Assembly (NCBI RefSeq): GCF_965212185.1
Contig: NZ_OZ243102.1
Span: forward strand, 2,741,171-2,805,170
Direction of reading: 5' to 3'
Length of the DNA stretch: 64,000 nucleotides
DNA from: Ekhidna sp.
GTDB taxonomy: Bacteria; Bacteroidota; Bacteroidia; Cytophagales; Cyclobacteriaceae
The translations under genes were made by a program, and so were the position numbers. Below are positions 36,557 to 46,834 of the stretch, piece after piece; positions within the stretch are counted from its first letter, which is position 1; each line of letters begins with the position of its first letter. Under the pieces are notes generated by a model. The model was given only the letters and a program-made list of their open reading frames with translations. It was not told the origin of the DNA and made no database searches.

Positions 36557-37326
36557 TAGCTACCGCTCCATTTACCTTCATCAAACATATCTTCCTCTTC
36601 CATATTGTTGGAGATATAGATTTTTTCGATCCAATCATCAGGTAAATCATTGATGGCTTCACTTATTTTTGAATCCCACATTTTTGAAATATCGGATAGC
36701 TCATCTTTCTTATACCTGGTCTCTGTTATGTTAAAAGAATCTTTTTCATAATGAACTACATCAATGGGAAAATCAACGTCATTGGCACTAATGCGTGTCG
36801 CATCAAAAGAGAGTAGCCCTGCTTTTAAAGCAAATTTCAATGAAGAATTATATCGAATGGAGCGATCAAGAATTGGCTTGCCATACCCACTATTTCCAAT
36901 GATTACAAATGGCGATCCTTCTGATACTTCCACCCAATTACCCTCGGGATACAATAAAAATATTTTATGCTCATCATCGTCTTCGAGCTGCCCACCAACA
37001 ATAGAAAAGAGGTTGAAGCTAAGGCCCGATTCCTTCAATGATGCTTTATCTTCATTAGCTGCCCTTTTTACCTGATCAGCAAAGGCATTCACTGCTTTGT
37101 ACAGCTTATTGAATGATTCATCATTTTCTTCAATTATTTCCTTGAAATAGGTGATGGCTTTATCTCGAACAGAACGAAGGCCTGATGTCATAATGAAGAA
37201 TGAGTGTTTTTTCTTATTTACTGTGAAGACCTTCTTGGCCTTTGCAGTTTCATTTCCAGAGGTAATCCGAGTATCAGCAATGCCTATGAAACCGGTTTTG
37301 AGTTTAATGCCTAAGCAATATGTCAT
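36556..37326 (-). CDS. Anbu (ancestral proteasome beta-subunit-like) Ntn-hydrolase peptidase.
   Basis: N-terminus MTYCLGIK, with Thr nucleophile at position 1 after Met removal and Asp at position 17 (IGIADTR). Size ~256 aa. It is embedded between the alpha-E and transglutaminase genes with 4-nt and 1-nt overlaps. Confidence 0.7.
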   Translation of the reverse strand: MTYCLGIKLKTGFIGIADTRITSGNETAKAKKVFTVNKKKHSFFIMTSGLRSVRDKAITYFKEIIEENDESFNKLYKAVNAFADQVKRAANEDKASLKESGLSFNLFSIVGGQLEDDDEHKIFLLYPEGNWVEVSEGSPFVIIGNSGYGKPILDRSIRYNSSLKFALKAGLLSFDATRISANDVDFPIDVVHYEKDSFNITETRYKKDELSDISKMWDSKISEAINDLPDDWIEKIYISNNMEEEDMFDEGKWSGS

Positions 37327-38300
37327 TGATTTGTTGTTTGTGTTTGATTTGAAAAATTATCCCACGAAAAGAAAGTCAAATAAATAGCGTTAGACACCTC
37401 ATTAAGTTCCAATTGGAAGTTATCAAGGTACTCATGAAGACCTACGTTGAATACTTCTTCAATGTCGGCGTATTCAAGGTTTGATTTTAATCGTCCTAGT
37501 CTCTTCTCAGCCATATTAGCATATCCCTGACTACTTCCAGTAATCGCTTGAAGTGATTCCTCTGCTTCCTCCAGACAATTCATCATCGATCGTGGAAATT
37601 CTTTATCGAAGATGAGAAATTCAGAAATAAACAAAGGCGACAGCTTCCCTCGTTTTTTACGGTACATATCATAAGCACTTACTGATTTAAGTAAAGAGGC
37701 CCATTGAACCAAATCCAAAGGTGACCCCACTTCCTCAACTGAAGGTAAGAGCATGTGATACTTTACATCCAACACCCTTGAAGTTTTATCGGCTCGCTCA
37801 ATCAGCTGACCTATCTTACCAAAATGATATCCTTCGGTTCTGGAAATAGTGGAATCAAAAATTCCATATAACAGCTGACAACTCTTTTTAACTTCTAAAA
37901 AGTAGTTTCGAGGGTCATGCTTTTCCCACTGTTTTTTGTTTACTCCTTCCCTTACATGATAGTAAAGTGAATTGATTTGTTCCCACACTTCTCGTGTAAT
38001 ATCCGGCCGAATGGCTCGAGCATTCTCACGGGCATTGCAGATGCTATTGTAGATAGAGTTTGGGTTGTTTTCATCGAAACCAAGGAAATGAATGACACTT
38101 GTTTTATCAACATTATCATGGGTACTTTCATAAAGATTATAATCTCCGGTGGTCACAATAACCGGTTTCCATTGCTCTGTTCCCCCTGGTGGCATTTCCA
38201 AAGAAAGGTTGAAATTAACATCCAGAAAGCGTGCATAATTTTCCGCACGTTCAACATATCTATTCATCCAATACAGGGCATCTGCAACTCTACTTAGCAT
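37323..38300 (-). CDS. Alpha-E domain protein (DUF403).
   Basis: Hallmark N-terminus MLSRVADALYWMNRYVERAENYARFLDV; all-helical, ~325 aa. Confidence 0.85.
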   Translation of the reverse strand: MLSRVADALYWMNRYVERAENYARFLDVNFNLSLEMPPGGTEQWKPVIVTTGDYNLYESTHDNVDKTSVIHFLGFDENNPNSIYNSICNARENARAIRPDITREVWEQINSLYYHVREGVNKKQWEKHDPRNYFLEVKKSCQLLYGIFDSTISRTEGYHFGKIGQLIERADKTSRVLDVKYHMLLPSVEEVGSPLDLVQWASLLKSVSAYDMYRKKRGKLSPLFISEFLIFDKEFPRSMMNCLEEAEESLQAITGSSQGYANMAEKRLGRLKSNLEYADIEEVFNVGLHEYLDNFQLELNEVSNAIYLTFFSWDNFSNQTQTTNQ

Positions 38301-38312
38301 CTCTTTTCTTGT

Positions 38313-39749
38313 TTATTTGTCCAGTACCCATGTGTCCTTGCTCCCACCTCCTTGAGATGAGTTAACTACCAATGAACCCTTCTTTAAAGCCACCCGTGTC
38401 AAAGCCCCAGGAATAATCTTAATGTCCTTTCCATACAAAATATAGGGCCGCAAGTCTACATGTCTTCCTTCAATGGATCCTTCGGTTAAGGTTGGAACTC
38501 TGGAAAGATTTAATACTGGTTGTGCGATGTAATTTCTGGGGTTCTCTAATATTTTGGCTCTGAATTCTTCATGCTCTTTTTTGGTAGCCTTAGGTCCAAT
38601 CAGCATACCATATCCACCAGAAGCATCTGTTTGCTTTATGACCAGATTGGCAATATTTTCTATAACATATTTTAAGTCTTTTTTCTCGCCACATAAGTAG
38701 GTCGGTACATTAGGTAAAATGATGTCTTCATCCAGGTAGTATTTTACTATCTTATCAATATATGTGTAAACCGCTTTGTCATCGGCCACTCCCGTGCCTG
38801 GAGCATTTACAAGGACTACATTTCCCTTTTTGTAAGCATTGAATAATCCGGGTGTCCCAAGGAGTGAATCTTTTCTAAAAACCTTCGGATCGAGAAATTC
38901 ATCATCCACTCTTCTATATATCACATCCACACGCTGTAGCCCACGAATCGTTTTCATATAGACAATATCATCTTCAACCACTAAATCCCTCCCTTCTACT
39001 AACTCCGCTCCCATTTGCTGTGCCAAGTAGGAGTGCTCGAAATAGGCGGAATTGTATATTCCAGGTGTAAGTACTGCTATTGTTGCCGGAGTTATTGGTG
39101 TGAGTGACTCCAGCATATCTCTCAAATGATGCGAATAATCCTGCACTGGGCGAACATTCAATTTTTCGAATACTTCAGGAAATGTTCGCTTAAGAATTTC
39201 GCGATTTTCCAGCATGTAGGATACACCTGATGGGCACCTAAGGTTATCCTCCAGCACATAAAATCTCCCATCACCGTCACGAATGATGTCACTACCACTG
39301 ATGTGTGTCCAAACATTTTGTGGTGGTTTTAAGCCTTCGCATTCTTTTAGATATTCGCCTGAAAAAATCAGGTCTTTTGGTATAATCTTATCCTTTAAGA
39401 TCTTCTGCTCATTGTATAGATCACTAATGAAAAGATTGAGTGCTTCAATTCGCTGTTTGAGACCTTTCTCCAAAAAAGCCCAATCCTTTCCACTTATTAT
39501 CCTGGGAATTAAGTCGAGATGCAGTATCCGTTCAACGCCCTGATTATCACTGTAAACATTAAAGGTCATCCCTAAGGACAACTGCGCTCTATCAGCTGAG
39601 TGCTGCAGGAAATTGAGCCTTTTCCAGCCCATTTTCTGTATCCGTTCCTTGAATATCTGGTAATGAGGTTGAATTGAATGATCCTCCATCACCATCTCAT
39701 CGAAGAAGCCTGTAGTATCGTAGGAATCAAACTGTATCTTAGGCATCAT
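38313..39749 (-). CDS. Circularly permuted type-2 ATP-grasp protein (DUF404/DUF407).
   Basis: ~478 aa; conserved blocks LIPRIISGKDW, YVLEDNLRCPSGVSY and RVALKKGSLVVNSSQGGGSKDTWVL; first gene of the four-gene operon. Confidence 0.85.
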   Translation of the reverse strand: MMPKIQFDSYDTTGFFDEMVMEDHSIQPHYQIFKERIQKMGWKRLNFLQHSADRAQLSLGMTFNVYSDNQGVERILHLDLIPRIISGKDWAFLEKGLKQRIEALNLFISDLYNEQKILKDKIIPKDLIFSGEYLKECEGLKPPQNVWTHISGSDIIRDGDGRFYVLEDNLRCPSGVSYMLENREILKRTFPEVFEKLNVRPVQDYSHHLRDMLESLTPITPATIAVLTPGIYNSAYFEHSYLAQQMGAELVEGRDLVVEDDIVYMKTIRGLQRVDVIYRRVDDEFLDPKVFRKDSLLGTPGLFNAYKKGNVVLVNAPGTGVADDKAVYTYIDKIVKYYLDEDIILPNVPTYLCGEKKDLKYVIENIANLVIKQTDASGGYGMLIGPKATKKEHEEFRAKILENPRNYIAQPVLNLSRVPTLTEGSIEGRHVDLRPYILYGKDIKIIPGALTRVALKKGSLVVNSSQGGGSKDTWVLDK

Positions 39750-39874
39750 CGGAAGGAGTTAAGTAAAGAACCAGGACCTCAGGTAAGTTACGTATTTGAT
39801 TCCATAAGGTCACATTGAATTAGCTCTCATATTTTTCACCCCTCAAAAGATTATTGAGCTGGATATTTTGCACC

Positions 39875-40531
39875 CTAATCGTCTAATGCTTTCCATCTGG
39901 CTCCCATAAATAGCACCCAAAGCATCCAGATCACTTCTCCGAATGTGAGATAGTCCAGCACGTCGATCAATAACCCTTTGATACCCAGAAAATAGGCGAA
40001 TGCCGATATGGTATATCCTGCACCGGCCAGAATCAAAAACCAACCAATTATTCGCGGAAATAAGGGTGAGCGAATGATCATATAACCTTGAGGCAGTAGC
40101 CATAAACCCCAGAAAATTGTAGCGATGATGGTACCTCTTGAGCTTTGCTTAAGTAAAGAAACCACTTGATCAGGCTGATCCAGAACCTCTAGTACCATTA
40201 GCTGATCAGCGGTACTGAGCATAGCTATCGGAATTCCCAGAAAAGCGAAAATGGCCATGAGAATAGTAGCATCCTTATATTTAGAATAAAACAGCTTGTA
40301 TAGAAACCAGACAGCTGCAACGCTAAATAATTGGGTTATTAAACTGCCAGCTATACCAAGCCGAAAAAGCATTTCATTCGCCAGGATGTTCGAAGCTGTG
40401 AGCTCCGGATCGCTCAAGACGATTAATTGGGACGGGACATACAAGAGACTGAACATTCCCAGAACTGCCCAAAGTGGGTAAATGATTCTCAGCCAGGTTA
40501 CGGCATTTTTTTGTTGTGTAAGTGTGTGCAT
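39875..40531 (-). CDS. Hypothetical multi-TM membrane protein (DUF4386-like), 218 aa.
   Basis: ORF track; 5-6 hydrophobic helices. Confidence 0.5.
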   Translation of the reverse strand: MHTLTQQKNAVTWLRIIYPLWAVLGMFSLLYVPSQLIVLSDPELTASNILANEMLFRLGIAGSLITQLFSVAAVWFLYKLFYSKYKDATILMAIFAFLGIPIAMLSTADQLMVLEVLDQPDQVVSLLKQSSRGTIIATIFWGLWLLPQGYMIIRSPLFPRIIGWFLILAGAGYTISAFAYFLGIKGLLIDVLDYLTFGEVIWMLWVLFMGARWKALDD

Positions 40532-40596
40532 AGTAGATGTTTAACCCTTTGATGAGTAGGATACGCAAATGGTTGCTTCGTAGTAAAAGAAAAATT

Positions 40597-40890
40597 TCAA
40601 GGCTTACCCAACAAAGGCTTTAGCTGTGGATGCATTTGTGAAGTAAGGAATTCCGTGATGGTGAATTCAGCCAGCTTATGAGTAAAGAATGGATCTTCTG
40701 ATATCATCTGTTCTACTTCCTCTTTTGAATCGGCTAGCGCCAGAATAATCCCACCTGTTCGCGGTACTTTTCTTCCGGAAGCCACAAACTTATTTTGCTT
40801 GTAGTACCGATGAAGATATTTCACATGCTCAGTCATGTGAGCATCAAGTTCTTCCAGCGGAACGATATAGTTTAAATCAATGATGTACAT
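40597..40890 (-). CDS. YciI-family protein (YCII-related domain).
   Basis: 97 aa; YciI-like pattern with conserved His in LHRYYKQNKFVASGRKVPRTGGIILA. Confidence 0.65.
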   Translation of the reverse strand: MYIIDLNYIVPLEELDAHMTEHVKYLHRYYKQNKFVASGRKVPRTGGIILALADSKEEVEQMISEDPFFTHKLAEFTITEFLTSQMHPQLKPLLGKP

Positions 40891-40891
40891 A

Positions 40892-41251
40892 CTACTCCTT
40901 CCTTAAAATACTCTCCATTTTCTTTCCCCTGGCCAGCTCATCGATGAGCTTGTCTAAATAGCGAATCTCCTGCATCAGTGGCTCTTCTACCTCCTCTACC
41001 CGGATGCCGCAGACCACTCCTTTGATCAATTTCCGATTGGGATTCATTTTTGGAGCTTGGGCAAAGAAATCTTCGAAATTTGTTTTGTTCTCGATGACAG
41101 CTTCCAGCCCCTTTTGATCATATCCGGTCAGCCATTCAATAATCAGATCTACATCTTCTTTGGTCCGTCCTTTTTTCTCTGCTTTGGTGATGTAGTGAGG
41201 GTAGACCCCAGCAACACTCATGGTATAGATTCGGTGCTTTACTACAGCCAT
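40892..41251 (-). CDS. DUF2200-like hypothetical protein. The likely start is the internal Met at 41251 (the ORF track extends to 41296).
   Basis: [34 protein letters not shown]-type conserved block (family recalled from memory). Confidence 0.45.
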   Translation of the reverse strand: MAVVKHRIYTMSVAGVYPHYITKAEKKGRTKEDVDLIIEWLTGYDQKGLEAVIENKTNFEDFFAQAPKMNPNRKLIKGVVCGIRVEEVEEPLMQEIRYLDKLIDELARGKKMESILRKE

Positions 41252-41255
41252 GTCT

Positions 41256-41795
41256 TTAGTCTTTAGGCAAATACTTCTCAGGTATTGGATTATCATCTCG
41301 CTCTCCTGTCCAGTAAATGTTAACGACCCACCATCTTTCTTTGTCTTTCATCAATTGAATGCTATTTATCCCTCGCGTAAAAGGTTTCTCATCTGCCTCA
41401 CTACGATAAGATTCATAGGTGCTAAAAATATGGGTGAGAGAACCGAATGATTCAGTAACCCGGTAAATCTCTTTTTCAAAAAAACCATTCTCTTCTAACC
41501 AGGATCCTGAAGTCTCCACATATTGTGAAGGACTCATCACTCGATATCCAATTTTTCCTTCTTCATTGGGTCCAGACGGAATCAACTGAGCATCGTTCGT
41601 AAATAAATACTTAAACAATTCCCAGTTTCTTTTCTCTCCAGCCGCTCCAGAAATCACCTCATATAATGTTTCAATTGTGGAATCCAATGTTTGAACTTTA
41701 TTCAGGTATTTGTCTTGAGCAAATGAATTAAAAATGATTCCTAAAGTGAAGATTGAAATTATAATTGATTTGTTCATGAGCAGTTTTTTATTCAA
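41256..41795 (-). CDS. Secreted hypothetical protein, possibly NTF2-like/SnoaL-like fold.
   Basis: Signal peptide [21 protein letters not shown]; ~160-aa mature domain. Confidence 0.4.
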   Translation of the reverse strand: MNKKLLMNKSIIISIFTLGIIFNSFAQDKYLNKVQTLDSTIETLYEVISGAAGEKRNWELFKYLFTNDAQLIPSGPNEEGKIGYRVMSPSQYVETSGSWLEENGFFEKEIYRVTESFGSLTHIFSTYESYRSEADEKPFTRGINSIQLMKDKERWWVVNIYWTGERDDNPIPEKYLPKD

Positions 41796-41885
41796 GTTAC
41801 TAAAAACTCTAATTCAACATTGCGAGATTTTCCTATCAGTTGCGTAGAAATTGTTAACTTAAATTCAACTAATCCAATCCATGCC

Positions 41886-43775
41886 ATGAAAAAGGTTTCT
41901 TTCTTTCTAATATTTTCTTTTGTTGCAACGCTCATCTTCAGTCAAGCCGTCCGTGAAAAGCTTGAAGAAATTGCCATTATTGATCAAAAAATCATGATGC
42001 CAATGCGGGACGGAGTTCGGCTGGCAACAGACATCTATCGTCCTAAAACAGACAAGAAAGTACCCATCATCTTTTCAAGAACTCCCTACAATTTTAATAG
42101 CTGGGGGGATGGAGAGGAACGAACAAGAACCTATCAACGAGCTTTAGAGGCCGTAGAAAAAGGGTTCGCATACGTGGTTCAAAATGAAAGAGGGAGGTAT
42201 TATTCGGAGGGAGAATGGGACATTTTAGGAGTCCCTCTCACTGATGGCTATGATGCTTTCTCATGGATGTCTGATCAAGATTGGAGTAATGGCAAGATTG
42301 GTACCCTTGGTTGCTCATCAACGGCAGAGTGGCAGATGGCCGTAGCAGCATTGGATCACCCCTCACATGCTGCCATGGTTCCTATGGGTTATGGAGCTGG
42401 CGTTGGGAAAGTTGGTGACTTTTATGAGCAAGGCAATTGGTACCGGGGAGGAGCTTTTCAGATGCTCTTTGCTTCATGGCTTTACAGCGTGGAGCATGAC
42501 AAATTCAAACCAAGAATTCCTGCAGGCGCCACCCAAGAAGACTTAATAAGAATTTCAAGATTTTATGATTTGGCACCAGAAAATCCGCGAATTGATGATA
42601 TGCTAGCAGCTATGTCTCATTTACCTGTCCAGGACATGCTGGTAAATATGGGAGGCAAACGCGAGATTTTTGATGAAATGATCAGACGTAAACCCAACGA
42701 TCCAGCATGGTTTGAGGGTGGACTCTATCATGACAATATGGAATTAAAAAAGCCAAGCTTTTGGTTCGTTTCCTGGTACGATGTATCGGTAAGTCCAAAT
42801 TTGGCATTATTCAATCATGTGAGAAATCATCCCGATCCGAAGGTTGCGGACAACCAATACCTGGTGATTGCACCAACATTGCATTGCGGCTACCAAAGAG
42901 CTACTGAAAATACGATGGTAGGTGAAATGAGTGTTGGAGATGCTCGTTTAAATTATGACGAGTTGATTTATGGTTGGTTTGATCATTGGCTAAAAGAAGA
43001 CGGAAAAAGTGATTTTCTGGAAGATTTACCTAGAGTTCAATATTATTTGATGGGGAAAAATGAGTGGAAGACTTCAGATACCTGGCCACCAAAAGAAGCG
43101 AATATGACCTCACTTTATCTAGATAGTGAGGGTAACGCGAATAGTTTGTTTGGTGATGGTAAATTGTCATTAAACCCTCCTGCTAAACCAAATCAAGACA
43201 ATTATACTTACGATCCTCATAACCCTGTTTTTTCATATGGTGGGAATGTATGTTGTACGGGAAATGCCATTGACGCTGGAGCTCGAGACCAACGAGAGAT
43301 GGAAACACGTAATGATATTTTGGTGTACACTTCCGAGCCACTTACCGAAGGAATTGAAGTTTCAGGATTTATTGAAATGTCACTTTATGTTTCCTCGGAT
43401 GTAAAGGATACGGATTTTACAATTAAGCTAATCGATGTACATCCCGATGGCACGGCTTACAATCTGGATGAGACCATTCAGCGAGCACGTTACCGCGAAG
43501 GATATGATAAGGAGGTATTTATGGAAGAGGGTGAGGTCTACAAAATTGATTTAACTCCTCTTTCCACTAGTAATTACTTTGCAAAAGGCCACAGAATTAG
43601 AATAGAGGTTGCAAGCAGTAACTTTCCTCGTTTTATGAGAAATCTGAATACCGGGGGAAACAATTATGATGAGACAGAAGGTGTCATAGCTCACAACACT
43701 ATACACCACTCAGCAGAATACCCATCCCAAATCAAACTTCCAATTGTTGGTGATTTAAACATTGAGGATAAATAG
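41886..43775 (+). CDS. CocE/NonD-family hydrolase (X-Pro dipeptidyl-peptidase S15-like alpha/beta hydrolase with C-terminal beta-sandwich). The start is taken at the Met at 41886, which begins the signal peptide.
   Basis: [14 protein letters not shown] and GCSSTAEW (nucleophile elbow) motifs; C-terminal X-PDAP_C-like domain. Confidence 0.8.
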   Translation: MKKVSFFLIFSFVATLIFSQAVREKLEEIAIIDQKIMMPMRDGVRLATDIYRPKTDKKVPIIFSRTPYNFNSWGDGEERTRTYQRALEAVEKGFAYVVQNERGRYYSEGEWDILGVPLTDGYDAFSWMSDQDWSNGKIGTLGCSSTAEWQMAVAALDHPSHAAMVPMGYGAGVGKVGDFYEQGNWYRGGAFQMLFASWLYSVEHDKFKPRIPAGATQEDLIRISRFYDLAPENPRIDDMLAAMSHLPVQDMLVNMGGKREIFDEMIRRKPNDPAWFEGGLYHDNMELKKPSFWFVSWYDVSVSPNLALFNHVRNHPDPKVADNQYLVIAPTLHCGYQRATENTMVGEMSVGDARLNYDELIYGWFDHWLKEDGKSDFLEDLPRVQYYLMGKNEWKTSDTWPPKEANMTSLYLDSEGNANSLFGDGKLSLNPPAKPNQDNYTYDPHNPVFSYGGNVCCTGNAIDAGARDQREMETRNDILVYTSEPLTEGIEVSGFIEMSLYVSSDVKDTDFTIKLIDVHPDGTAYNLDETIQRARYREGYDKEVFMEEGEVYKIDLTPLSTSNYFAKGHRIRIEVASSNFPRFMRNLNTGGNNYDETEGVIAHNTIHHSAEYPSQIKLPIVGDLNIEDK

Positions 43776-43796
43776 TTAAAATCGAATAGTTAGTCT

Positions 43797-44408
43797 ATGG
43801 GATTGAATTTTTCATTTATTAAATCATTACAGAGAGCATCACCAGTTGCTTTTGGTGCTATAGATATGTTAAAAGAGGAACTTATCTACTCCAGCGGTCA
43901 TGCAGAACAGCTCCTTGGATATAGTAAAGAAGAGTTGAAGGAGCACAGTAAAAACTATTTTGAATCAATTGTTCATCCTGACGATCAAGAAAAATCGAGG
44001 CAAAAAATCAAACAATTAATGAATAGTAATGTAGGTGAGATTGTTGAATGTACTTTAAGAGTCCGTCGATCAGACAATGCATATCTCACCTTCTATATAC
44101 GGGATATTGTTTTCGATAGGAATGATGAAAACTCACCTGTCAAATACACAACGATTGTTCAGGATGTTTCCGATATAGTAGCATTAGAAAACGAACTCAA
44201 AGAGAAGGTAGAAATAATACGCAAGGTATCTTATAAGAATTCACATGAGTTAAGAGCTCCTGTAGCGAATATCATTGGGTTAATATCGTTAATCAAGGAA
44301 GAGAATTTCAAAACGGAATACAACGCAAAAATCTTCCATCATCTTGAGAAGACAGTTTCCAAACTAGATAGAATCATTCATGAGATTAATAACCTGTCAA
44401 ATATTTAA
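43797..44408 (+). CDS. PAS domain plus HisKA (DHp) domain protein lacking an HATPase domain; a truncated sensor kinase or stand-alone phosphotransfer protein.
   Basis: H-box SHELRAPVANIIGLISLI near the C-terminus. The ORF ends ~40 aa after the H-box, and a convergent terminator follows at 44413-44431. Confidence 0.6.
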   Translation: MGLNFSFIKSLQRASPVAFGAIDMLKEELIYSSGHAEQLLGYSKEELKEHSKNYFESIVHPDDQEKSRQKIKQLMNSNVGEIVECTLRVRRSDNAYLTFYIRDIVFDRNDENSPVKYTTIVQDVSDIVALENELKEKVEIIRKVSYKNSHELRAPVANIIGLISLIKEENFKTEYNAKIFHHLEKTVSKLDRIIHEINNLSNI

Positions 44409-44436
44409 AAAAGGCAACTCAGTGAGTTGCCTTTAG
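44406..44436. terminator. Bidirectional intrinsic terminator AAAAAGGCAACTCAGTGAGTTGCCTTT between convergent genes.
   Basis: 9-bp perfect stem flanked by A and T runs. Confidence 0.6.
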
Positions 44437-44499
44437 GCATTCCAAATCCCCACTTGGATGCCTGCCTTTCGCCATGTTTAACCCCCATAGCTATTTTCA

Positions 44500-45360
44500 T
44501 TATTCACCAACTTGAAATGTTCTTGAAATGTTGAATCCAAAATGTAATTCACCGTTAAAAAAATCATTGTTTGTTTCCGTCAGGAAACCTTTTGGAACCA
44601 TGGCAGTGGCATTGGTAAACTGTAATTGAAAAACATGCCCACCTGTTTCTATATCAAATCCGATAGCAATAGGGTTGAAAGCCGAATTATTAATTTTTCT
44701 AGCCATATAGTAGTATTCTACTACTAACGCTACTCTCTGAGAAAGCTTAACTCTACCTCCTAATCCTAACCCATATGCATCATTGTTAGTGTCCTCAGCA
44801 GTAATCAGATTTTTATGTACCCACGTTGGCATTATCTGTATTGAAACACTGGAACTCAATTTTCTAGCAATTAGTAGCTGATTTGTATTTGCTAACTTAT
44901 CAGTGAACCCTAAATCCAACTCAGGCATACGAAGAGTTTTAACCGAAATAGAACTAAACCAAGTCATAGATACCGGCATACCACCACCATTCATTTGTCT
45001 CAATAAGCGGTACTTTACAAATCCATCATAAGTTTTTTCAAAAGAACTCCTTCCCAGTCCAACATAAAGCCTATCCGAAAGCGCATACTCTAATCCAAAT
45101 CTTACGGTAGCATTATCCAACCCGTAAAGCTCATAGCTCCCACCATCGATGGTTCCAAATCGGTGAGAGATAATAAAATCCATGACCCCTTTCCTCCTCG
45201 TCTCAATCGAATGACCATTAATAATTCGTGTTCCTTTAAAAGTAGCCTCAACAATCGTTGCTTCTTTTGATTGCTCGTCTTCAACTAAGGATAGTAAATC
45301 ATCTTGTGCACATACACTTCCTGAAACCAGCAGTAGTATAAATATCAGATTCCTCATCAC
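44500..45360 (-). CDS. Outer-membrane beta-barrel protein (porin-like), 286 aa.
   Basis: Signal peptide; alternating hydrophobic beta-strand pattern; C-terminal ...FQVGE. Confidence 0.5.
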   Translation of the reverse strand: MMRNLIFILLLVSGSVCAQDDLLSLVEDEQSKEATIVEATFKGTRIINGHSIETRRKGVMDFIISHRFGTIDGGSYELYGLDNATVRFGLEYALSDRLYVGLGRSSFEKTYDGFVKYRLLRQMNGGGMPVSMTWFSSISVKTLRMPELDLGFTDKLANTNQLLIARKLSSSVSIQIMPTWVHKNLITAEDTNNDAYGLGLGGRVKLSQRVALVVEYYYMARKINNSAFNPIAIGFDIETGGHVFQLQFTNATAMVPKGFLTETNNDFFNGELHFGFNISRTFQVGE

Positions 45361-45911
45361 TTCTTCATGAAATTGAATGAAACATCTACATCTACAACTT
45401 CGGCGATATTCTTAATCACCAGCTTCGGTATTTTAATTTTATGATCCTCTAAAGCAACCTTGAAAATGGTATTTGCACCAATTACATCTTCTTTAATATC
45501 AAATGTTACCTCACTTTCTATTGGCCTTTTCACTCCATGAATTTCGAGTTCTCCATTGGCTTTGGCTGTGATTGTTCCAGGTTTAGAAAAATCATATGAT
45601 GAGAAATTTGCAATCTTTCCTTTGAAAGAAGCTTTTGGATACTTTTCTGACTCTAGATAATTTTCATTGAAATGCTCCTCCATTAAGCTTTTTTCAAAAT
45701 GGAAATTCTTAATAAGCATGGTCACAGCCACGGTTCCTTTATCAAGATCTATGGCACCAACTGCCTTTTCATTTGTGGCTTCTATATCTTCTAGCGGGGC
45801 TTCTGAGTAGAAATGGGCCACTCCTTGTTTGTCAATTAACACATTTTGTGCTACGACAAGCTTCATTGTCAGTAATAAAATAGCTACGGCGAAAGTTTTT
45901 AAATAAGTCAT
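45357..45911 (-). CDS. YceI-like periplasmic lipid/polyisoprenoid-binding protein.
   Basis: Signal peptide; YceI-like motifs (FHFEKSLMEEHFNENYLESEKYPKASFKGK); 4-nt overlap with the downstream porin-like gene. Confidence 0.7.
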   Translation of the reverse strand: MTYLKTFAVAILLLTMKLVVAQNVLIDKQGVAHFYSEAPLEDIEATNEKAVGAIDLDKGTVAVTMLIKNFHFEKSLMEEHFNENYLESEKYPKASFKGKIANFSSYDFSKPGTITAKANGELEIHGVKRPIESEVTFDIKEDVIGANTIFKVALEDHKIKIPKLVIKNIAEVVDVDVSFNFMKK

Positions 45912-45934
45912 AATTATATGTTTAGGGATTATTA

Positions 45935-46738
45935 CTAATTATCAAGAGCTCCATCATCTACCCAGCATGCAATTAGGCCTATTTGGGTCTGTGTGAGTGT
46001 CCTTCCTCTTGGCATAGAGCCATTTGCAGTTCTTGCTTTGATCCTACTGGCGCTAGATTGAATTGATGTGAACGTCCGAAGGTCAGGAGATACACTTCCG
46101 TTGTGACATCCGGAAATGGCACAATTGGTCTCAATTATTGCTTTAATTGAATTTTCATAGCTGACGCCCGTTAAAATATTTACTGATTCAGACGTCTCGC
46201 ACCCGGTGGCATCTATCACGGCTACATCATATGATCCATTACCTAAGTTTGAGAATAAATTGCTTGCCTGTGAAACACCACCATTGATTGAATACCTATA
46301 AGGCTCTACACCACCAGAAGCATCAATCTCAATACTTCCTTCTGTAGTTTCGCAAGCTGTATTTGAAACCTGGACGTCATTAAGATTGACTCCTTCTTCA
46401 TTTTTGACTGCTACTTCAATTTCAGATGAACAACCAGCAGAATCTGTAACTACAACTAAATAGGTGCCTGCTACTAATTCAGTAAAGTTGCCATCGCTGT
46501 TCGATTCGAAATCTGTTGAAAATGTATAGGGATTCGATCCCCCTGAAGCTATTAACCTAAATGATCCATCCGATACGCTACAAGTGGCATCAGTTACTAC
46601 GTCAACTTCCAATTCTACCGGAGAAGTTGTGCAATCAACCTCGGGTGATATTTGCTCTGAAGTACATGAAATGATTAATGATATGAAGACCATCAATACC
46701 AGCTTTTGAATAGAATTACTCATAGTGTTGTAAATCAA
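45935..46738 (-). CDS. Lipoprotein with two SprB-type repeats and a Cys-containing C-terminal domain.
   Basis: Lipobox LIISCTSE; repeats TDATCSVSDGSFRLIASGGSNPYTFS and TACETTEGSIEIDASGGVEPYRYS. Confidence 0.45.
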   Translation of the reverse strand: MIYNTMSNSIQKLVLMVFISLIISCTSEQISPEVDCTTSPVELEVDVVTDATCSVSDGSFRLIASGGSNPYTFSTDFESNSDGNFTELVAGTYLVVVTDSAGCSSEIEVAVKNEEGVNLNDVQVSNTACETTEGSIEIDASGGVEPYRYSINGGVSQASNLFSNLGNGSYDVAVIDATGCETSESVNILTGVSYENSIKAIIETNCAISGCHNGSVSPDLRTFTSIQSSASRIKARTANGSMPRGRTLTQTQIGLIACWVDDGALDN

Positions 46739-46834
46739 TTTTGATATACAAAACTAGATTTGAGTCACATGCTTTAGAGCATACTAATCCGGCAACTACT
46801 GGCACAAAACCGTCAGACTAACACTATTCCGACA

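Noticed and set aside
39843-40103. ORF 39843-40103 (minus) overlapping the 3' end of the DUF4386-like gene
   Set aside because: It overlaps a longer and more plausible membrane-protein ORF in another frame.
45935-46738. Possible c-type cytochrome because of CAISGCHNG
   Set aside because: The spacing is C-x4-C-H, not the C-x2-C-H heme-binding motif. SprB-type repeats dominate the protein instead.
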